DNA from: a virus
Direction: 5' to 3' (one strand)
Virus genome (UHGV): UHGV-0213393
Length of the DNA stretch: 64,000 bases
Part shown: in pieces, positions 57,905 to 64,000 of the stretch
How the letters are laid out: every line of letters begins with the position of its first letter
Position numbering within the stretch: position 1 is the stretch's first letter
Notes under the pieces: model-generated
What the model was told of the DNA's origin: nothing
The model's database searches: none
What the model saw: only the letters and a program-made list of their open reading frames with translations
Made by a program: the position numbers and the translations under genes

Positions 57905-58009
57905 TATCGCATACAGTCAATGTTTATATCGCATATAGTCAACATTAAATCGCGTACAGTCAACATTAAATCGCACATAGTCAACATTAAATCGCACATA
58001 GTCAATGTT
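57905..58009. repeat. five direct 19-bp iterons upstream of repA (origin/incC-like)
   Basis: atcgcatacagtcaatgtt, atcgcatatagtcaacatt, atcgcgtacagtcaacatt, atcgcacatagtcaacatt, atcgcacatagtcaatgtt at 21-23 bp spacing. Confidence 0.85.
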
Positions 58010-58044
58010 GATCTCCATTTAGGCCAGTGATGGCGCGGCTCGCA

Positions 58045-58125
58045 GCGATCCGGGATCTTCTTTGGATCTTACTGGTTCTCTTTGGGATCTATTTATTGGA
58101 TCTACCCTGTGGATAAATAGGTTAA
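58045..58125. promoter_or_regulatory. GATC cluster with second DnaA box, origin-associated
   Basis: Five GATC within about 70 bp then ctgtggataaa. Confidence 0.6.
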
Positions 58126-59009
58126 AGTCAAAATCACACACTCCCTATCCTCCAGCCAAACGAGTACCGACTTTTCTGGAGGAATCCTTGAACATTCCCA
58201 AATTCCCATTACCTTCACAGCCTGAAATAGAAATTCAGTTTCATGCACCTACTGTGAAAGATGCCCTGAAATATTCAGACATCAATCCGGCAGAAGACGA
58301 GGCAACCACAACAGAATACCTCAACGCCATGCAAGATGGCGAAATTAACGACAGCTCAAACTGGACAGTTCAGGATCGCAGAACCGCGCTATGGTGGATC
58401 TTTGTCAATTCCAGACCAGATGCCGTAATGACTTACTCATACGAGTGTGGTCACTGTGGAAACGTTCATCACGCAGATATTAACCTTTCAGACCTTGCCG
58501 AAACGGTAGAAATCCTGACTGTCCCGCCGTTTATTAAAACTATGGTCCCTATAAACGGAGTACCAACCGAGTGGACGCTTAAACCACTAACAGGGAAAGG
58601 CGCTGAATTGCTTGAACGTATGCGCGCCACTTTGCCTGATATGAAAACTCCAGAGTACAGTGCTGAGGTTGCTCGTCTCCGCATAGCTGAGTTGGCCTTG
58701 TGTACATCTCTGAACGACGATCCAGAAGACTTCACACAAGCTGCAAACAGACGATTCGATATCATTGAAAACATGGCACTGGAAACCGAGTTTACCCCTC
58801 TGGTAGCTCGCATTCAGCTCATGCAGAAAGACCTTCGCCACGGCTTAAAAATGGCTATTGAACGAGGCACAAGCCGCCTGATCCTACCGCCACAACGCTG
58901 CAAAAACGCTAAGGAGGGTGCAGACGTGACTACCACGCTGTACGCCCCATTTCTCAATAGAGAGTTTATCCCATCAATTAGATCTGAATGGATGGCTAAC
59001 CATTATTAA
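58062..59009 (+). CDS. hypothetical protein (5' end overlaps origin GATC cluster; true start probably downstream)
   Basis: 315-aa ORF; contains CGHCGNVHH motif. Confidence 0.45.
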   Translation: MDLTGSLWDLFIGSTLWINRLKSKSHTPYPPAKRVPTFLEESLNIPKFPLPSQPEIEIQFHAPTVKDALKYSDINPAEDEATTTEYLNAMQDGEINDSSNWTVQDRRTALWWIFVNSRPDAVMTYSYECGHCGNVHHADINLSDLAETVEILTVPPFIKTMVPINGVPTEWTLKPLTGKGAELLERMRATLPDMKTPEYSAEVARLRIAELALCTSLNDDPEDFTQAANRRFDIIENMALETEFTPLVARIQLMQKDLRHGLKMAIERGTSRLILPPQRCKNAKEGADVTTTLYAPFLNREFIPSIRSEWMANHY

Positions 59010-59063
59010 TAACCTGACGTTATACGGCTACCAGCCAGTTAGTGACGTTGAACAATTACCGCA

Positions 59064-62000
59064 GTGGCGGGCACTCCATATGGAAAAAGCACTGGAAGAG
59101 AAATACAAAGCCCACGCCAAAAAAACAGGGTGATCACCGCCGATGTAAGTGAGGTTATTTTGAACGATAAAAAAGACCGAATAGCGATAATCGACGCAAT
59201 ACAAACGGCAAACGCGAAAGAGCTAGCTGCGCTTTCAGAAATAAAAAAAGCACTTGAGTCTTACGGACGCAATCCTGATACCAGCGACGCACCACAAGGA
59301 CGCGTAAGTCGTCGCCTGGCCCGAACAGGGAAAGCAGGGGCGCAACGCAACAGTTTCACACAGGGGCCGTATAAAGACCGGCTCCCTACCAGGAAACAGA
59401 GATTACGTATAAACAACACTAGCGAGATAGATAATCCGCAAAAAGCAGCAGCAGATCACCGCACCGCTCATTCGGAATCAAAAACAGCACCACTGGCTGA
59501 AGGCAAAGCCACGAAGTCATCGCCAGAGCGCATTCAGTTGCTCACTCCTGACATTCAGCCTGCAAGGCAAGAACAACCAGTTAGAGAAAGCCAGAGCACC
59601 TCTGGTGCACCGTTACGGGATAGCAACGGACGATTTGCCTCTCAGAAAAAAAACGAGGATCTCGCACGCCAGAATGAGCTACGCGCACAGGCAAAACTAC
59701 AGGTTGGGTTCCTGCGAAAACTCGGTTCCATTATGGGGGTTGATGGTTCAGGGAAAGCCGACGATGGAGCTGTAACCGATGCTGCCGGGGTAGGGGCTGG
59801 TGGTCCACTATGGATGGCAGCACGGGGCGTATTTGATATCAGCCGCGAGATTACTGGTAAGGCTAAATCATTGAAAGAATGGATAGATAATGGCAACGAT
59901 AAAGCGGCTGGCGCACCGGTGGTCGCAAAAGCCCCCGCCATTACTTACCCGGCACCTGACAATGAAAGGAAGACTCCAGATAACGCGCCCGGTTCAGCAA
60001 AGGCATTTACTGAAGCCGTTAAAGAAAAATCTGTACGTGCGATCGAAGAACAAACGAAAGTTCTTCAACGCAACGACAGCCAGATAATTGATGAGCTGGA
60101 AACTGTATCCGAAGAGATCCGGAAACTACGAAAGTCGCAGGAGAGTGGGCTAAAACTGAGCGACCTCCTCGGCGGTGGCAGATTACGTTCCAAAATATCC
60201 CCTACACGCGGTCGTAGCAGTGCACGTGGTGGCAACACGGGCCGCACTGGAGACAGTAAAGAAAACAAGGGCAAGAAGGGAAAAAACACCAGCAAACCTA
60301 CTGAGACGGGCAGGAGTCAGGAAGGCAAAGAGGGGAAAAAAAATCAGCCAGGCAAAAACAACAGTGCGGGCGAGGAAAAAAATCGGACAAAAAATGCTGG
60401 TGGGAACGAGGGTAGTACCTCACCAAAATCATCGGGTGATAAATCTTCAGTTAAAACCAGAGCAGGTAAGGTCACTGAAGAAAGCGTAGCCAAAACGGCG
60501 GCTGGTGGAGCGGCAGGGAAAGACGCTGGTAAAGCGGCAACTTCCGCTGGGGAAAGCCTTACCAGGAAAGAGGCGGGTAAGGTTGCCGTTGCCACTGGTG
60601 AAAACATCGCGAAAAAAGAAGCTGGAAAAGTGGCTCTCAAAGCTGCCGGAGGTGTTGCCGCAAGGGCCGGATTCAGGGCGATTCCAGTCATCGGCCAGGT
60701 GGCTATGGTTGGTTATGATGCCGTAGACGGCTACAGCGACACAGAAGCGCAGAGGGCGACTTATAACCTGAAGGAAGGGCAGGACGTTACAACACAGCAA
60801 AAGAGCGCCTACGCCGCTGCTAACGTCCTGGATATGGGCGGTCTGGTGACGGGAGCGGCTAACCTCATTGGCGAGGGGATGTCCGCGCTAGGCTTTGAAG
60901 GTGTCGGACAAAAACTTCAGAGTCTTGATACCAGCAATATCGCTCGCGGCATAAATAGTTCTATCGACGCGTCGAAGAACGCATTCAGCAGCCTAAAAGA
61001 ATCGTTCTCATCAAGCAGCGAAGGCACTGCGCAGGTTAAGAAAGCCGTTGAAGATGGCACCAAGCAAACGGTAGCCGCAATTAATGATCTGGCCCGACAG
61101 CTACAGGGCGGGCGCAGAGGTGAGGATGGCGTGGGTGAACACGGCTACAAATCGCCAGACGAATTTAAAGCGCCTGAAAAAAATACAATAACGACTGATC
61201 TGAATATAGGCGGAAGCAACGCCAAGAACAGGAATTACCGGAATAACAACCTGGGGAACCTGGTTTTTGCAAATCAGGAGGGGGCGGTACTGGAAGCGCC
61301 GAACGCGAAAGGCGAACAGCGTTTTGCGCGGTTTAATACGCCCGAAGAAGGGATTCGGGCATTGGCAAACCAGGTATCGAGTTATTACAACGGTACAAGT
61401 GCTGCCGCTGGGTATCAGAAGCTGCAAACAGTATCCAGCATCATTTCAAAATGGGCACCACCAACAGAGAACAACACCAATCAGTACATTGAAAACGTCA
61501 GCAAATATCTAGGGGTATCCCCCAACGATAAAATAGACGTTAGCAACCCTGAAGTTATGACGCACCTTGTTCGCGCTATTGCGACGAAGGAGGGGGGTAA
61601 CCCGGCGGTTAACAACAATTTCATCAAAACAGCTCTTGGTTCATTCAACGCTAAAACTGGGCGTTGGGAAGGGCAATTCAATGATGAAACGCTGGAACAC
61701 ATTAATAAAATCCAGAAGGAAAAGGGCGGTCCTCTAATCGCTCGCAACTCCCAATATAGTGTCGGTAGCAAAGTCAAATACGCCAACGGCTCATCTTCTG
61801 CTATTCCTGCGTCAAGCGTAGCCCAGGCTGTAATGCCTAGCCCTACTGACGTGGTTCAACACGCACAGGCAGCTAAAAAACCGAAGGCAGCTCAACAGGA
61901 AAATGCCCAAGCGATCAGCCACGCGAAAGCTAGTGGCAATTCTTCCGCCGCAGCCGGATTGACGGAGCGGTTAATGAGTGCAGACGGTGTTGGGGGCGTC

Positions 62001-62927
62001 ATCGCCGGGATAGTTGGGGGAGATCCCAATATGGGGCTAAATCTCGGCCCTGTCAGTTCTCCGGAAGAGATGTCCTCGTTAGCAGCAAAAGCCAAGCAAT
62101 TGGATAAGTTTCTTGTTGAAAAAATATCCAGAGCAACGGGCAAAAACTTTAGTTTCCAGAAGGCGGAACAGATCGCCGATATCACTACGGCTATACAGCA
62201 AAAGCGCAACGTTAACCGCGATACAGAAACCATTGGCCTGCTTCCGGAGAGTCCGGCAACCATCAGCGAGAAGCGTGCCACATCGACACCGGCGGGTGTG
62301 CAGATGTACGACAACGGCTACAAGGTGGTTGAAGGTGAGGACAGGGGCTTCTTTGGCTCGCTATTTGATTCAACTGTGTCAGGGCTTAACCAGGTAGGCT
62401 CCGCCGTCCTCCCCGCCGTTGGAGATAACCTCTCGCGACTTGTGGGCGGTATTGATAGCACCGGAATGTTAAATGACTTTGTATTGCAGTCCTCTGGACA
62501 GAATACCGATGTTGCTCGCGCTATTAGTCCGTTAACAAGGAGTGTTGGCGGTTGGCTGAATGGTGGCATACAGAAAACGGCGGATACGATCAGGGACACA
62601 ACTGGCGCAATCAATCAAAGCCTGTTTGCTTCGGGCGTGGCTGCTAAAGAACCGTTCCTTGCAATGCCTCCGCAGCTACCAATCGTCACGGACCTCGCAC
62701 GAAGCGGAATAAGGCAGATGCTAACAACAGATACCGCAAATAACGATCCGGCTATGTTGAAAGCACTGGAGAACGTTTATTCCGTTCTTAAAGAGATTCT
62801 TGGCGTAAGCAAAGACAACCGCAAAGGCGATCAGGACAAAGTTGTGAACACATCACAACCACAACCTCGTCAGCGTGCCAGCACGACTATCAATGACCCA
62901 TCTCTTGACAAATTACTGGAGGATTAA
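59064..62927 (+). CDS. large virion-associated protein with Lys/Gly-rich low-complexity linker
   Basis: 1287-aa ORF; low-complexity basic/glycine-rich region around residues 370-520; lies immediately upstream of baseplate W/J-like genes. Confidence 0.5.
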   Translation: MAGTPYGKSTGREIQSPRQKNRVITADVSEVILNDKKDRIAIIDAIQTANAKELAALSEIKKALESYGRNPDTSDAPQGRVSRRLARTGKAGAQRNSFTQGPYKDRLPTRKQRLRINNTSEIDNPQKAAADHRTAHSESKTAPLAEGKATKSSPERIQLLTPDIQPARQEQPVRESQSTSGAPLRDSNGRFASQKKNEDLARQNELRAQAKLQVGFLRKLGSIMGVDGSGKADDGAVTDAAGVGAGGPLWMAARGVFDISREITGKAKSLKEWIDNGNDKAAGAPVVAKAPAITYPAPDNERKTPDNAPGSAKAFTEAVKEKSVRAIEEQTKVLQRNDSQIIDELETVSEEIRKLRKSQESGLKLSDLLGGGRLRSKISPTRGRSSARGGNTGRTGDSKENKGKKGKNTSKPTETGRSQEGKEGKKNQPGKNNSAGEEKNRTKNAGGNEGSTSPKSSGDKSSVKTRAGKVTEESVAKTAAGGAAGKDAGKAATSAGESLTRKEAGKVAVATGENIAKKEAGKVALKAAGGVAARAGFRAIPVIGQVAMVGYDAVDGYSDTEAQRATYNLKEGQDVTTQQKSAYAAANVLDMGGLVTGAANLIGEGMSALGFEGVGQKLQSLDTSNIARGINSSIDASKNAFSSLKESFSSSSEGTAQVKKAVEDGTKQTVAAINDLARQLQGGRRGEDGVGEHGYKSPDEFKAPEKNTITTDLNIGGSNAKNRNYRNNNLGNLVFANQEGAVLEAPNAKGEQRFARFNTPEEGIRALANQVSSYYNGTSAAAGYQKLQTVSSIISKWAPPTENNTNQYIENVSKYLGVSPNDKIDVSNPEVMTHLVRAIATKEGGNPAVNNNFIKTALGSFNAKTGRWEGQFNDETLEHINKIQKEKGGPLIARNSQYSVGSKVKYANGSSSAIPASSVAQAVMPSPTDVVQHAQAAKKPKAAQQENAQAISHAKASGNSSAAAGLTERLMSADGVGGVIAGIVGGDPNMGLNLGPVSSPEEMSSLAAKAKQLDKFLVEKISRATGKNFSFQKAEQIADITTAIQQKRNVNRDTETIGLLPESPATISEKRATSTPAGVQMYDNGYKVVEGEDRGFFGSLFDSTVSGLNQVGSAVLPAVGDNLSRLVGGIDSTGMLNDFVLQSSGQNTDVARAISPLTRSVGGWLNGGIQKTADTIRDTTGAINQSLFASGVAAKEPFLAMPPQLPIVTDLARSGIRQMLTTDTANNDPAMLKALENVYSVLKEILGVSKDNRKGDQDKVVNTSQPQPRQRASTTINDPSLDKLLED

Positions 62928-62932
62928 GACCG

Positions 62933-63307
62933 ATGCTTTATGAGATTGATGCCCGCCTTCAGACAAACGAGAGCGGGGTGGTAATCGCTGAAGGCGACAC
63001 AAACGCCTGGATAGCCCGACTCGATGAATGGCTACGGACACCAAATGGCAGCGTTTACGGATTGCCGTCATGGGGGAATCCGATGGAGGAGTTCAAACAC
63101 GAACCCTTCGGTTCTGATACGTCACACATTGTTGAAGTGGCGATTGAAGCGCGAATGATGACGAAGCTACAGCAGGACTTACCAGGGCTTGGACTCCAGG
63201 CGATCCGCTGCGCGACTGTCTCTGAAGACCAGTTACTAATTAGCTTCCAGGCAAAAGGAGGCACCGTGAATGTTGTTATGCAGAAAGATAGCGGAGATAC
63301 AGCGTGA
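62933..63307 (+). CDS. putative baseplate wedge protein (GpW/gp25-like)
   Basis: 124-aa ORF preceding J-like gene; size and position typical. Confidence 0.45.
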   Translation: MLYEIDARLQTNESGVVIAEGDTNAWIARLDEWLRTPNGSVYGLPSWGNPMEEFKHEPFGSDTSHIVEVAIEARMMTKLQQDLPGLGLQAIRCATVSEDQLLISFQAKGGTVNVVMQKDSGDTA

Positions 63308-64000
63308 GTATTACCGAATTACTGGACAAGTTTAATGCCAAGCTGAACGAAAACCCCTGGTGGGCGCGATTTGTAAACAGCCAGTTTATTCAAATGCAGT
63401 CCGTTTTGGGCGCGCAGATTGTTTATATTGCGCGTACATTTGCAAGCCGTGCACTTACAGAAGGATTCATTTCCACCGCGACGCGTAGAGCAAGTATTCT
63501 CGCGGCAGCGGAAGACCGTGGCTATGTCGGTCGTTTGGTCGATGCGTCATACGGCACTGTTTCCATCACCAACAAAACCGACAGGGATATTACTCTACCC
63601 GGAGGGGCTGAATTACTGACAAGTGACCAGACACCAATTGCAACCAGCAGTAGTGTTGTTATCCCTGCTGGTGAAACAGTACCCGGCATAGAAGTAAAAC
63701 AGCATGAAGCAGTCAGCGTAACGTTCGACGTGGTGCAAGAAACACCATTCTTGACGCTGTTACTTTCCCGTGAGTTAACAGCAGAAGTCGCCAGCCTGGA
63801 AGTTGTCGTGATAACTAATGGTGTCGAGGAAAAATGGACACATAACCCCCTGTTCCGCATGTCCAGGGATAACAGTAAACATTATGTGTTGGTTTATAAG
63901 CCGACAGAACAGATCGGCGTGCGCTTCGGTGATGGATCAATGGGGATGATGCCAGCGGCAGGGAGTCAGGTACGCATTGATATTATGGCAAGCCTCGGTG
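63304..64000 (+). CDS. putative baseplate J-like protein, 3' partial, absent from ORF track
   Basis: Open frame from GTG at 63304 (overlapping upstream stop, GTGA) to window end with no stops; product VSITELLDKFNAKL...RRASILAAAEDRGYVG. Confidence 0.45.
   Translation, partial: MSITELLDKFNAKLNENPWWARFVNSQFIQMQSVLGAQIVYIARTFASRALTEGFISTATRRASILAAAEDRGYVGRLVDASYGTVSITNKTDRDITLPGGAELLTSDQTPIATSSSVVIPAGETVPGIEVKQHEAVSVTFDVVQETPFLTLLLSRELTAEVASLEVVVITNGVEEKWTHNPLFRMSRDNSKHYVLVYKPTEQIGVRFGDGSMGMMPAAGSQVRIDIMASLG

Noticed and set aside
56712-58009. Possible CRISPR array suggested by the regularly spaced repeats around repA
   Set aside because: Repeats are about 19 bp with only 2-4 bp between them, occur in both orientations and flank a RepA gene, which is the iteron signature, not repeat-spacer architecture
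59642-60800. Several 70-120-aa ORFs on both strands inside the 1287-aa gene (for example 60344-60691, 60447-60800)
   Set aside because: Antisense or out of frame within the low-complexity region of a long ORF; repetitive composition generates open frames artefactually

Overview
This window reads as part of a mosaic P1-like temperate phage-plasmid from an enterobacterial host. All calls are from reading the sequence and translated ORFs by eye; no searches or folding were run. Recognisable modules: an iteron-type RepA origin, two tandem partition systems (ParA/ParG-like and ParM/ParR), Cre-like recombinase with a lox-like 34-bp site, phd-doc and higBA toxin-antitoxin pairs, terminase genes with an internal GATC cluster (pac-like), a five-tRNA array, Dam and C5-methyltransferase-like genes, RdgC, dUTPase, a Ref-like HNH protein, an immI-like icd/antirepressor locus, spanins, and head/tail/baseplate genes. 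A C1-operator-like motif (TGTTAGAAAAT and its inverted partner) recurs at 11 promoter regions. The most interesting candidate for an undescribed system is an AT-rich three-gene operon (30276-32280) that couples an HExxH metallopeptidase-like protein to a catalytically intact dCTP deaminase-family enzyme. Other leads are a 1.3-kb ORF-poor structured region next to the tRNAs, a cluster of small secreted/membrane proteins, and a standalone ClpX zinc-finger-like protein.
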